In this document: positions 13,175 to 26,992 of the stretch, one piece after another
Layout: each line of letters starts with the position of its first letter
Position numbering within the stretch: position 1 is the first letter of the stretch
Source: Ramazzottius varieornatus
Taxonomy: Eukaryota; Animalia; Tardigrada
Reading direction: 5' to 3'
DNA length: 64,000 nt
Assembly: GCA_001949185.1 (NCBI GenBank)
Contig: BDGG01000002.1
Span: 7,864,448 to 7,928,447 of the forward strand
Notes under the pieces: generated by a model
The model's database searches: none
What the model saw: only the letters and a program-made list of their open reading frames with translations
Told to the model about the DNA's origin: nothing
Program-made: the position numbers and the translations under genes

Positions 13175-13552
13175 AATGCGCGCTCTTTGAAACAGCCAGC
13201 TGAGGATTAATTTTACGCGCTGTATTTTGAATTTTTGCATTTTCAGGTGGAAGTCAGTTTATTAGTTGCAGGGACAAGATATTTGTTCTGAGACTTTCGG
13301 GTAGTCTTTTACAAAGTCTGGTTTTATTTTTTTGTAGGTTTTCACGGGGACTTTGTGTGATGCCGTAAGTGGACATAAGTGGAAAAACAAGTTCGAAGTG
13401 AGTACAACCATGAAATTACGCTTTTACTGGGATGGGTTCTGAGTCGGCTTTAAAATTGAAATGCACTGGAAAAATACAATTCAGGGTTGGGTGTTTGAAG
13501 AGCAGTGAGGTCCTTCGGTGAAGCCGCGCTTTTTCCACTGGTCCGCGGAGGT

Positions 13553-16500
13553 CTACACATGAGTGGAAATTCCTGACATTGGTCGCGACCATCTCACGGA
13601 TAGCGACTCGAACGTATCAAGTTCGGCTTTCGGAGGTCTCTCTTCCCTGTACAGCATAACTTCTGTATCGTCTGGGTAGAAATCACTGGCCCGATCGGCA
13701 CCGGTGTAAACTAGCGGCTTGTTCTTTTCTTGAGCGACTGCCAGCACGGTTCCATCCACTGCAAAAAGTACGTTGCTTTCTATGTGTCGATTCAAGGACG
13801 AGCTTTCAACCAACTAGGGTTCTTGTACGTGTAGGGTAACTTACGTGGTGCTGGTGGAAACGGCTTCTTCCGTAAACAGCAGACATGTATCACGGCGTAT
13901 AACAGAGCGACAACGGCGAATATGGCAGCGAATATCAGGAACGATGTGCGATGTCCATACCAGCTTATAGTTTGTCCACCGATCAGTGGACCAAGTCCAG
14001 CACCTGTTAAGTTCGGAAAGTTGATTGCAACGAAACAGAGTTACAAGTCAAGACATGAAAGGTTTACCCAAGCCAAACGTGGTTCCGGTGAATAAGGCCT
14101 GCAAAGTGGAGGCGTACATAGGGGCGACCGTGTGGGAAAAGTAGGCCGGTATGGTGAACATGACCGCGATGACGACAGCAGTCATGACTTCGATGGGGAT
14201 AAAGTATACGGCTTCCGTCAAGTAGGAGTACGCTGTGAAGCGACCAGTGTCCATCAAGAGCGCTACCACCAGAAGCAGCGCATATCCCGTCGCCGCTGCA
14301 AGAAATGGAATTTGAAAAAAGTTTTCATTCGTTGAAAATTCTAGCGAAGTTATTGACGAATGATATTACTCACGGATAATTTTGTGAGCAAGTAGGAAAA
14401 GCGGAATGGCAAGGAAGTCAGCCAGGGCCAATCCGAAGGACATTAAGACTTTCGTGGCGGACAATTCAGCTTCCAGAAACCAGAATAGGAAACTGTAAAA
14501 CAACGTGATCATTAGCGCTGGAAAATACTGTGGATGTCTTGATTGGGTAATGTTACGCAACTACGTCATCGCAGATTGGATTCAGCTACATATTACTCAT
14601 CTCGTGCGGCAAGTCACCAGTAAATCACGTTTGCTAATCGTAGTAAAAAGGCAAGCCAGATGTGTGTCAGTTTGGTGAGCTTTCTCCCACAAAAGTCGCG
14701 CACCGTACGAGTACTTTAAGTCTGTGTATTCAACGTTCCTGTTTTTCGATATTCTTATTCGTCAGTATGGTGTTGCCAGAGTTATGGTACCTTCCCACAT
14801 AGCCAGAGCCCATTCCAATAGTCAGCATCGTGATCAGCACCACAATGACTTGAGGCTGGCGGAATACCCTGCCCGCGTTCTTCCATATCTGCTGCCGGGA
14901 TCCGCAAGTCGGCAGCTTCATACAGAGTACCAGGAACATGGCTAACAGAGACAAGGCGGCGAAGAGGAAGAAGGCTGCGTGGAACTCCATCATCCAGTTT
15001 AAGCGTACCACGCCGCTCATCAACAGGGCCGACATCATCGGGAAGATGACAAAGGCCATCGAAGTGAAGACTCGGTGGGCGGCAAAACTCTCTCCGGGTC
15101 TCTCTTGGACCATCTGGAGCGTCACGTTGTCCATCATGACAAGGACGGAAAGAAGGCCGACTAAGCCGGATAAACGCAGGAGGAAGTAGAGTAGTAGCGT
15201 CATCCAGCGATTGCCTTCGCGATACGTTTGCCGGCACATCATAGCGAAGGACGTTTGTGCGCGACAGAACACCGAACAACGCAAACGCCCACTTCCAGTA
15301 TCATCGCGCTGCACATGATCTGGCCGAATACGTCTGTCATAGTCCTGCAAATGAATCAGTCATTAACAGAACAGGCCAGTAATATTTTTTGGTTTCGTTT
15401 TTGGAGACGCTGTGTTATACACAACGTCGTAAAATGGCCGTAAAAAAATTGGCCCCAATGGTCGTAAAATACTGAGGTTTAGCCGCGGATAAAAACCCGG
15501 AAATTCTTCCGCCGACAAGAGTCAAGTGTGTTGTAATGCCGGTTAAAAAATTCGTACCTGAAAGCAATGTGCCGAGCGCAGTAGCGATCCTTCGTCATTT
15601 TTGAACTCGGCTGTTTCCCATCCAATGGTTTTGTTGGAGTTCTTGGTGGCATAAACCGGCGCCAGCACCAAGTCTTTGAAGACCTGCCGCTCCATTTCCG
15701 TCCACTTGGTACAGTAATGCCCATGTGCCGATGCATTGAACCAGCAAACACTGGGCTCGTGCGCCACATGTTGTACCGGACAGTCGGTCCAGCACACCTC
15801 AATCTGCATCTCGTTCATGGCTTCCGGCGTGACTGTCAAGTTCCGACCATCACAAGCCATGGAAGTATGGTTCGGTATCGCAAAGATGGCATTATGGCGG
15901 GTGTGACAAGGGAAGGATATGTCGATGGTAGGAATGTTGACGGGAGACCGGACCTCAATGTGTTTGATGGGCGGAATGAGTAGGAGTAACAGGTGGCATG
16001 TGACGTGAAAGATGGTCAAGCCGGCGATGCACCATTTGTAACGCGCACCCCGATCAGCGCAGGAACCCACCAGGGGAACGACAAGGCAACTGATGATGGG
16101 AAGAAGGAAAGATATTATGGCGGTTTCCGTTATGGATATGCCAATACTTCTCATGTGCAGAGAGAAGAATGGATACAATGCCGACATTGCTGCAAATGAA
16201 ATTAATTATATATTACGTAATGCGTCATGCTGCGATCTTTCCATTGTTATTAATGAGATTTTGCGAATTTTCGCGAGCCTGAAAACCGTAGGAAAATTAC
16301 TTCCGGGTTCGATGAAAATTCCTGTCTTTGCAACATACATGCCTTGATTTAAATACCGCTTCTTGCTCCTGTAGTACGGCAGAAAGTACCATTGGTATCA
16401 AAAATATTGGGGGAATTTTACTTACCACCGTACAACAGGAATATGATGAATTTGAGCGGCACCAAGTAGGGGCAGAATTTCCTCTTCTTCTTGACTTGCT

Positions 16501-16723
16501 TTTGGGGCTGATTTTCGTCCACAGGCTCAGGCTGCATTCTTGCAGGGGAGGACTTTGGTCTTCGGGCTCCATGACTTACGGGACTTCCAGGGCTGGCAGG
16601 AGGTAAAGTTTCTACAGTACGAACTTGAGTGACGACCTGAACGGGAGGACGATCTGGACGAGGTGGAACAGGTGGGGCGATTTTGGGGTTACCGGCAACA
16701 AAGCCCCGATTTTCATTAGCCAT
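13553..16723 (-). CDS. MFSD6-like major facilitator superfamily transporter (copy 1), multi-exon
   Basis: LVPLKFIIFLLYG, ALYPFFSLHMRSIGIS, GSCADRG, Cys-rich loop, SFLFWFLEAEL, STLQALFTGTTFGLG; GT-AG introns. Confidence 0.85.
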
Positions 16724-17341
16724 GGTTGGTTAAACACCAACGAGGTATGGGTGGACAATAGATTTCGACATCAGGCGGTCTAGCAAGGCTGCTACTTTGG
16801 ACTGAAAGACCAACTATAGCGAAAACCGTGTGAATAAGCAGCTCATGTTTTTTCTTGATTACATCAAAGCTTGGAATGCCATGGCAGGCTCGTGCGAGCC
16901 TTTTGTTATTCCGTAACATATTGCGCTGTAGGGCGGAACACTGTAGCAACAAAATCCATTAGTACCGCTACAAACAACGGACCATCCGGAAGGGAAGTAC
17001 AAAGCAAAGTGGAAGTCGGACCCCAGCGGGTAAGTCTGCCACCCGCACAATACACGCGAACAAGGGGTGACCGACTTGCTAGTATGTGTCCGACTAGTCC
17101 TCGGCCAGTTGAGCCTTTCTCGCACACCGCTTCAAAGCACAGCAGGAATGATTGAAGTGTCATTTTCAACTGTGCGAAAGCACTATGGCTAATGACAGGC
17201 TTTCAAACAATGTCCGAAGACGGAAAAGAGTTCTATTGCTCCGAATGGATTGACTTTCGAGAACGGCAATACCAATCTCAAGCGTTCAATTACAGCCCAC
17301 AAAATATTTCCATTAAAACTGTAACCGCGATAAAAATTTAT

Positions 17342-20300
17342 TCAAAGCATCGTTATACTCCTCCGTGGAGGGTATTGCGATACTCTTTGATGGGGACCTT
17401 CTTTGGTCGCGTACTCGCCGATGTGAGGTTCGATGATGGACACTCCAGCCGCACTAGGTCCTCCAGTCGCGTCGAGGGCTTCAGTAGCTTTGGCAGCTTC
17501 GCTCGATGATAAGGGTTCCTTCTCTGCTAGGTCGTGTGTCTTCAAATCGGAATTGGCGTTAGGTGGACCTATTAAAGGTAATTCTGTTAGATTTCAATGT
17601 CATTAGACCGTAAAGGCTTCAGGTGATACAATGAGTGTGAGATGGCGAATCACCTAAAGCGATTACGCAACCACAAAATGCCAAGTTGGAAACGTGTAAA
17701 AATATTTATGAGGCAAATATGGTTATATGGACCAGACGCGACTGCTCTACAACGAAAACCACGCTTTGGGTACTCGTTCGTCTAATTTGCTGCGAGACAC
17801 ATTTGATCAAGCCTGTCTTCCATGCCATGTTTCTACGACTGGTAATGGAAACTGCATATATATACGATTTATACGAACACTCCCAGTTTCTGATAAACGA
17901 AGCCAACTGTTATTGAAACAGTGAGGCATTACCATTTTCCGCCAGGTCCAAAGTAATATTCCGTGTCTTCAGGAAAAGGTGGTACGCCGTGAGATATAGC
18001 ACGCCAACACTGGCGCATATTGCCGAAAGGATCTGGAAGGAAAGGCGGTAGCCGAGCGAGTGAACGAGCATCCCGCCGACCAGCGGGCCAATGCCTCCTC
18101 CTGGAAGAGACAGAAAATCATAAAATCGTCATTAGTTCATGCGATCAAGCGTGCGAATAACAGCCTAGAGGCTTTTCAAGGCTTGAAGCTAATGAGGCAC
18201 GTTCAGGCGGTTTCGCACTTACCCAAGCCGAAATTAACGGCACCAAAGAGGCCCACCAACGTGCCCAGATGCTTGGGGGCGGTCTTGAGGGCGAACTGCG
18301 GCATCAGCACAAGGACCATACCGGTGACGGCCGTCAGGATCTCGATGGGTAGCACGTGGAATGGGTTGAAGATGTATGAATAGGACAGGAATCGGGCGGC
18401 GTAGCAGAGCAGTCCAAAGGCTAGGAGATTCTCCAGACCGAAGGCCCGGATGAGCTGAGTGGAGAAAAAGAGGAGTGGGATACCGAGAAGGTAGCCGACG
18501 GTCTGCGAAAGACCCAGAAGCCACTTTTGTGCCGGGAAAACGAAATCTTTGTCATTCTCCATGAACAGGAACAAGTAGCTGAAAAGATCAGTGAAGAATA
18601 TCATTCACAAAAACTACTGGAGGATCGATACACCATTTTGGACGTGGGCACATGGTGCGAACCAGGTTATTTTCTCAAGTGGCGTATACTTTCAGCTAAT
18701 AATACTGAAGACATGCGCTACTAAAGATGCCGATTTCAAGCTCGTCTCAAATTTAATTCCATGGGAGAAGCCCGGTTGATCAAGAAGATGCGGACGAATA
18801 TCGGCGTTTTGCTACGTTCAATTGTGTACTGTTTGAGCTCCGCCTTCTTACTTGATCAAGATGCCGAAGGCGCAACCGCTGAAGAAGATGGCCACGATGA
18901 AGGCGAAGACATTGGGGTTCTTGACGGCTTTTCCCATCGTCCCCCAGATATTGGTCTGGGGCTTCCGGACCGTGATGCGCATGAAGACCATCAGCAACGT
19001 CGCTGCGATGTTCATGCCCGCAAAGATGTAGAAGGCCGGCGAGTAGTCGGCGTAGCCATTGCGCCGACTGGCCAGCCCGATCAAGTAGCCCGACAAGGGC
19101 GGCACCACCACGAAGCCCACCGAGGCGAACAACCTCTGAATGCCAAAATCCCCTTTGTGCTCCTTGGCTATCTCCAAAATCGCTGCGTCACTCAAGGGGA
19201 ACACCACCCGAATGGCAGTGAAGGACAGGAAGCGGAAGGTGAAGTACAGCGCCAGTGTCGTCAGCCGATCACCGTAAGCTGTTGTAACCACTTCCTGGCA
19301 ACTGAGATGGTTCTGACTGTCGCTTAATCCACACGTTACTGAACATGTCGTCTTATTCGTGACTGCTCCTTGCAGTACACAGCGACCTTCCGTCATGTCT
19401 TCAAAGAAACCTGGTGCGGAGTACAGCGAAGGACCCCACGTGGTGTTGACCGCGGTCGGACCTTGAGGTTTCTTGATATCGGGTCCGCTAGCCGCAGCTC
19501 TTACTACACGAGTACTATTACCCTTCCCATTCTTGGTGTGGTTGGCTATTTTTGCGTTAAGAGTTACTTGGCTGACCCGGAAGTTTTCCATGTCGCGCCA
19601 GTTGACGCATCTTTGACCACCGGTTTCAGTCAAGTACCCTATGCTGTTATGGTCAAAGAAGCATATGGTGGGAATGACGGCCGACTGTTCTGGGCAGTCG
19701 GTCTTACAATACCGCATTTCGGTACTGGACCATGGTTTGAGAAGGGAGCAGTTGGAGAGGAGGCGATCAGGGTTACGGGAAGGAGCTTGGTAGATGAAGG
19801 CCTGAGGTTGGGACTGTGGGTTGCTGGTGCAAGGAAAGGAGACGAGGAAGTTGGAGTCGTTGACGGGAACGAAGTCCGACGAGTGGGTAACGATGGTGCC
19901 GAAGCCGGGGACGGCGAACCACAGTAGGATGTGGAGTATGACGCCCAGGAGGGAAAACATGATCAGTACGATCTTGTAGCTGCCTGCAAACAACCGCGGA
20001 CGAAGCTGATTGGCAGCTCGGTAAATAAACTCGACAAGAGCGTTTTCCAAGTGGCGCACGCTTCCAGTATTGTTAGCTAGACGCGTGCGCCAGTTAGGCC
20101 AAAACTTAGTTCGCAATCGTGGATGGCGACGATTTTGCTCGCACATAAAAGCCGCGAGTGATTGATTCTTCCGAAAGAATGTTAAGTCGATGTCTGAAAA
20201 TTTAACTGGTACTACCGTACTACTACGCTGTGCTTTATCTGCCGAGGGAGGATTGCGATTTGATAATCTTTTTTCTACAGATTTTTGCAACTTATTGACG

Positions 20301-20842
20301 TTACCTAGTCGATCGGCTAGCCATCCTCCAAGTGGCGGTCCAATACTGCTGACAATGGGCAGCAACAACAGCATGACCGCCATCTCCTTGACGGATATGC
20401 CTAGGGACTTCATGTGCAGTGTGAAGAATGGAAAGATGGCGGCGACACCTGCAGGATACTCTCGGCTACATTCTCAATCAAACAGTAGTCAACCATCAGA
20501 ACGAAATGGAGGAGTTTTTCTCGCGATGAAATCGCTGGACCTACCGCCGTGGATAAGGAACACGAGGAGCTTGACCGGCAAGAGCTTCGGGTTGATGCGC
20601 ATGGTCGACTTGATCCTCGCACCCATACTCCGGCTTGCCGCTGCGTCAGCTTGGTCAGTTGCGCCTTGACCCTCGACCGGCGCAGATGCAGCTGGTCGCG
20701 TCCATATTGGGTTGTCAAAATCATCCTTCAGGTCCGGTGTGGTCACCATCGGCGCCGTATGGTCCACATCTTGCATATACAGAGACGGCTTCTGGCGCCC
20801 ATCTTCATCCCAGCCGTTCGCAACCTTGTCGTTCCTGGACAT
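17342..20842 (-). CDS. MFSD6-like MFS transporter (copy 2, tandem paralog), multi-exon
   Basis: INPKLLPVKLLVFLIHG, FPFFTLHMKSLGIS, GGWLADRLG, Cys-rich loop, GDFGIQRLFASVG, CYAARFLSYSYI, GAVNFGLG. Confidence 0.88.
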
Positions 20843-23110
20843 AATAAAGACAAGGCAATGGAAGAACGGGCAAACCGGCGAGGTTATCTGAACAACTTAG
20901 GACCAAACTGCATCCTGGTTTATATTTGGCGGATGAATGCAAAAGTCGATTGTGAAATTTTCAAGAGAACCTTTGGATTTCTGGTTGAGCAAAGATAAAG
21001 GAATGGAAAGTGGTACAAAAAGAGCTGTGGGAAAGCGTGCAGCGTCAGTAATGAGCTTTCGCAGCCAGTCAGTACCTTCCAGCCTTTTCCACCGTACTGT
21101 AATATCCGTCAGCGAGCCACTACGAGCCGTCTCGATAATCCTTGAGTTGTTCAGCCAAGTGCAGTCGGCGAAATTATTGGAGCTTATATTGCCTCGTGAA
21201 AACATTCCGCAGCTGTCAGACCTATAAAACTGAATGTGTCTAACTTAGTTCGCTGCCGCTGGCTACGCCGCAGGACTGTGGCCTGCTCTAATTTAATTAC
21301 GTACAAGTTTTACAGTGCACAAAATGCATCCCTTCCGGGGTCACGTGGTATCGGTTGCAGTTGATTAATTGTCTAGGACCCGGATGGGATGCATTTTTGC
21401 ACTGCAAATAAAAGCATCGACACGCTTTGCGCCGAAAATGGTGCATGACTGTCGTGCCGACCCGTGACGTAAAGAAGCCGGTTAGTGAATTTTCCCAAGT
21501 GGCGCACACTTCGAGCCTGCAACAATGGAAAAATGCGCCACCTAAAAAGCGATCTGGTAGTGTTCGTTTGCCGAGCTGGGGAACGATGGGCATGGTTTGA
21601 TTGGAAGTCCAAAAGGCTGTAAAATGTTATTTCCAGATCTCGGCAAAGCGGAACAGATATTTGGTCAAAAATTCAACCGACAAACTCATCCACGGAGATC
21701 AAACCTGACAGTATTCACGGGCCTTTCCTAAGTTAAATAGGGAAGATGTCCATCTGATAACCTCCCTTAACAGCTGGACCAAGTTCCGTTTCAATGCGCG
21801 TTTCGAATCCAATCATGTGCTTCTGCGTAGCAGGGACCGTCGTGCCACCTTCTGGACCAGCGTGATGGGCAACATCGTTCCAGGTGGCAGAAATAACCCT
21901 GCGCCACTTCATCCGTACTCCGCTTGTAGGCGAGCTAAACCCGCACTTTTTCTCCGTCAACCACGGCATCTTGGCTGTTGTCCAGAGCGTCTCTGGCCGC
22001 ATCTGACATGGCAAAGTCCACGCAGACAAACCTGTCAGATATCCAGCATTGGACCTGTTTCGCAAGTCATGTTTTCGGCTTGCACAGCAGAAGTAGAGGT
22101 TTTATGCTGTGCAGTTATCCACGGCTCATGTTTTGCCTAATATCGCTGCACAGAATTTGAAATTCTGTGCAAGCTGAGTTGATTGTACTATTGACCACTT
22201 TGGTCGAAATTTGAAATTTTGGTGGAGTGGAGCGTGATCAGACCAATCAGCAAATTGGACTTGGCGCGTCAAGTGATCCGAGCTACACGCCTCTCCCAAA
22301 TTGCGCCACTTAACTTCCGCTCCCGTTCCTTCTCGAAATCCAACATGTTTTCGACCGAAACTAGCGTTAAAGTTAGGAAGAGACAATTTCTTTCCCGAAT
22401 CTATCGCCAGAAAAAGCGAGAGAAGTCCGGGCTTTATCCAGTAGAGGGCTAAATGACAGGCCCCGCGAATTCCGATGCCCTGCTGAACTCGCGCGGCCTA
22501 ATATCTCTTTATGCTAATATTCTGTGCCGGAAATGAGCAAACCGCGAAACGGTTTCTGCACAGAAACTGACACAGTATAAAATCATGAGATTTTTATTCT
22601 ATTCAGAGCCGAAACGTGACTTACGGAACAGGTCTATTAACGTACAGTGAATACAGTCTCAGATGTCGTCTCGGATGTCGGGTCAATCGTTGTTTCGAGT
22701 GGCACACGTCTCTGTTATCACTGGCTGAAATCGTGCGCCGCTTGGGACAACAATCTGGTGGATTTTTCAGGTGAGGCACGTTTTCATTGTTGATTGCTGA
22801 GAGAATGCGCCAATTTAAACACCGATCTGGGCGAATCATTTGCCGTATAATTCTCGTTAATACATAGCTCACATGTTAATATTAGTTTTGTTTTTGCAGT
22901 ACGAAGCTTTGCGGAGTTTGCTGGTGTGGCGGACGTTGATGGCTGTACGTAGTATAGTATTCCACCTGGAGCCTTTCTCCGTCCAGCGTATTCTTCGTCG
23001 AAAGTACTTGATATTTTTAAACTAAGGCATCGTTGACGAACTTCAGAACGGCTTTGCTGCAAGAGAGAATATTAGTAAGACAGACACAGAACGTCAGTAC
23101 GTTAGAAGAC

Positions 23111-23847
23111 TTATCCTGATTGCCCGAGAAGAGAAGCCCCCCTGCCGTTGGCATGTTTCTGGAAGATTTTGGCTTCGGCTGCTTCCGGTACTATAGTACT
23201 AACTTCGTCCTTTGTTCCAAGAGGAAGATTCCTGAGGAGCAACCGTTCGTTGACCCGTCCCTCTGTAGAAAAGAACGGAAAATGTTTCATCATTCGGGAC
23301 GAGGACGGATGATTAAAACCAGATCATCATATCATGTGGCGTACACTTCAGGCCAGCACCAACAGAAACGTACGTCACTTAGTAAGTCTTGAGGTGGCGA
23401 TCTAGCTCAACTTGTTTGCCTCCGTGACCATGATCATGACCATGCACATATCATTTCTCAGGTTAGAGTTGGACGAAGTACGTTGGCAGTATTGTGTACG
23501 CCACAGAGAACCCAAACGGCCAAGACGCTGTGGCTGGGAACTTGCTTCGATCGAGTGGCGCCGTTTAGCGCCATTCTCGTTACATCACATTTACATACGT
23601 TCAATACTAGGCCCTCCCCCCTCGACTTCTTCTTCTGCCAGCTCTTCCTTATCTGCTTCTTGGACTTCTTCGGAAGCTGAACCGGAGGAAACGATGCTTT
23701 GCAGGTGGAGCTAAACTTTAGTTGGGTGTCGGCGTAGTTTCCGCTACTTGCGTCGTTCCTGGTTGGTGGTTTTGATTTTCTAGAGCGCTCTCCAGTCCTG
23801 CGGGACAACTGGCGATGTAGTCTCCATGAGACGGACAGTCCAACCAA
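23111..23847 (-). pseudogene. Degenerate partial duplicate of (or additional exons for) the adjacent RRM gene
   Basis: EGRVNERLLLRNLPLGTKDEVSTIVPEAAEAKIFQKHANGRG aligns to ERANKRIFLGNLPLEIPMNEVKAIVPEVVDLKLIPKPAQGEG, preceded by a Lys-rich ORF. No following RNP1 exon was recognised. Confidence 0.45.
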
Positions 23848-23920
23848 CCTTTCAGTCCACGCAAATCAAGAGGAAGCGATCACTGGGCACAGTTGGCGGA
23901 AAAAAGAGTAAACGAAAACC

Positions 23921-25654
23921 TTAACTGGACCCAGTAAAGATGAACACGACGTTATTGCGGTTCAATCGAGCATAAGACGAACCTCCCCAAACGAGTGAAA
24001 AATCAGTAGGCTCATACTTCAACTTTAAGCTTCCTGCAGACTTGTAAGCGTACTGGACCTGCACTCTCTGTCCATCGATCACGGTTTCCTGACTGAATGC
24101 TTCCCTAGCAGCCTCTTCAGAAGCAAACATCACGAAAATACAGCTGGAAAATAAAGTCACCAGTAACCAGTTGAAGACCCAAGTCTGATATTGGAGGCCG
24201 GCAAATAAAAAGCACATCATCGTCACCTCAAGTAGCGCACGCTTCCAGCTAATAACAGTGAAAACGTGCGCCACTTGAAACGACGATCCTGTGCGTTCCG
24301 TTTGCCGGCTATTTCGAATAGATATACAACACGATCCGCGGCAAGGTAATCCTCGGATAAAGCTCACCTGTTGTCTGGAAGATGTCTTTTCTTGTTCGGG
24401 GTTCTCCGGCCACTTCCGCCAAAACACACGTCAAAAGCTGATGGAAAACTTTTGCGGATCTCGTAGAATGGTGGGAGAAACTTGAGGCCGCTGACGAACA
24501 GTGTCAACATGTCCAGTTCGCCACCTGCAAAACAGCTTTCTTGATAGCGAAAATCAGGTGTGATCGAGACAAACTTACAATCTAACAACTGCTTTGGGTT
24601 GAGTTTGCTCTTTGTGCCACAGAAATCGACGATGAAGGTTTTTCCATTGATTGTGCTCGCCTTATTGACCATCTCGTAAGCCTCTGTAGCTGAAGCTGCA
24701 CTTGCAAACTCGAAAATGGCGTAACTGGAAGTAGTGGAGGAAAAAACCATTAGACACCGAACAATAAAACCACTTTTTGTCGAATAGAAGTCGATAATGA
24801 CTTGAACGTGTCCGTCTTCCCAAATGGGACGCTGTCAACCAAAAACCATTTGCACGTGCGCCACATGGAACAACAATGATGTTGATTTGATTTGCCGAGG
24901 TCTTCAACGAGCAATACTGGGAGATACATGGAAAACGGACTCCATATACAATGCAGTAAATGGACTCGGTGGAAACGACAAGTTCGTTACCCTTCACCTT
25001 GGGCTGGTTTCGGGATGAGTTTGAGGTCGACCACTTCCGGTACGATAGCTTTCACTTCGTTCATCGGGATCTCGAGAGGGAGATTCCCCAGAAATATCCG
25101 TTTGTTGGCCCGTTCCTCTACAAGAAAAGGAGAATAAGAACAACATAGTAACATGCAAACTTTTATGCATATTCAAAATTACTTCCGGGGAAGTCGAACA
25201 CCAGCTGACCGGACAGGGGCTAAAAAGCACCAGTGTTCGCATTGTTACCTGCGGTATTGTACCTTGACAGCGGTCTCTTGTTATTCTGCCTTGGGGATCC
25301 ACTGGCAGAATCGCCTGGATCTGCAGGAGGTTCAGGCTTGTCAGACGGAATTTTCATGTCTTGCAGTGGTGAGAGAGAAGGGCAATTCGCAATGACTGCC
25401 GATGGCGCAGTGCATGTTGCAGTGTTTGCGATAGCCGCCATTCTAGCGTTCCTGTTGGCTCTCTTCCGGGCGGCTTTGGACATCTTCACAGGCTCGACCG
25501 TAGCTTCCGCTTCTTCAGGTGTGGCTGGTTTTCCGCTGGAAGGTGGCAGGGGACTACCCGAACTGGTCAGCTGCGTCGATCTCGAGGAGTTGGTGGTTTT
25601 GATTTTCCACAGCGCTCTCCAGTCCTGCGGGACAACTGGCAACGCATTCTCCAT
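23921..25654 (-). CDS. RRM-containing RNA-binding protein (two RRMs, basic low-complexity N-terminus); 3' end uncertain
   Basis: Spliced RNP2 RIFLGNL, RNP1 GYAIFEF..INGKTFIVDF; second RRM TLFVSGL..CIFVMF..IDGQRVQVQYA. Confidence 0.7.
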
Positions 25655-26992
25655 CTGAAAGATAACCTTGTTCCCTTTCGATTTCCAGGTCGATATGGAT
25701 GACAAGTTATTCCATCAGCTCACAAGTTCCCAACAAGGCAGCAAGATTCCGGAACATCATTCTGTACGTCCGCGACGGTCCGGCGAAGAAGAATAAGATA
25801 TGAAAACTTGAGAGTTGACAAAACTATGTACTGAATTTTATTTTTCTAATTTTCTGCGGTGTTTTGACTTTGTTGTTGTTTGATCAAGGACCGACAAATG
25901 CGGCGCCAATCAATGCTTCGCGCAGCTTGAAAATGGAAAATGGGCAATCGGAGCGGCAATTAGACTTGCTGGAAATTCTTAGTTTTTGGCGAATTTGGCG
26001 AATGAAGGAACAGGTGTCGAGCGCAGGTGTGCAGTGAGCATCAGAGCATAACGACACGCACCTAAAAACAGCGGTTCTGTCACCGTTTAACTTGATTAGA
26101 TGCACTCGAACGCTGAACAACTACAAGACTGCTTGGTTGACGAAACTTTGCACTGCGTGCATTCAACCGGTAAAGAGGCTGAACAAAGTAGTCGAATGGA
26201 GCCAATCGCAGATTTATTCAGGAAATGGAAAATTTCCAGCAACTCTAGCGGCAATCCCCCGAAAGATCTGGAACTGGCAGGGGCGCTTGAGCGGGGATCT
26301 TTTTGCGCTGTGTGGAGAGAGCATCCTGCCGGCGACTTTCGTCCACGCCCGAGGCTGGTGAGGTCATTCTTTCGGCATAACTCGTAAGCCACTCATATTG
26401 TGCGTGCATAAAATCTACAAACCATCAGGAAAGATTCTGATTCGCTATTAGTTTTTTGCTTCGTTCACATCACGCATTGATGTATGGGCAGTTATGGCTG
26501 GGGGAAGAATCCCACGGAGGCCCTCACGAACGGAAGAACGTTAGCCATGTCATTTCTGTGTGGATTGTCTTAGACGATGTCGGATGGCTGACGTCGTCGG
26601 CTGACGTCGAGGACGGAGTCGTCGTCGAGTGATGCTACGGATGCACACCTTGTTGACGTTGTACTTCACGGTCATCTGCAGTACTCAATGATCATAGCCT
26701 CATAGCGATAGGCACATCTCTGCAGTCTCCATGTCTGACTGACTTCGTCAAAGTGGTTGTTCAGTGGATCACACGTTGCTGTTTCCTCAAGTCCAAAGTT
26801 AAGTGCGCTGCAGTTATGATTCTCCATTGTCAAACCTGCTTTGCGATATTATGGAAACAATATGCAATGAGATGCTGTTCTCGTAAGAGCTCTTCACCCA
26901 GATGTTCTTCGATCTATCAGAAAGGGGGAAACACCTTTCCGGCTGACGGATGTCGGAGGGAAGACTTCTAATCTCTGATTTTACGTGTTAAT

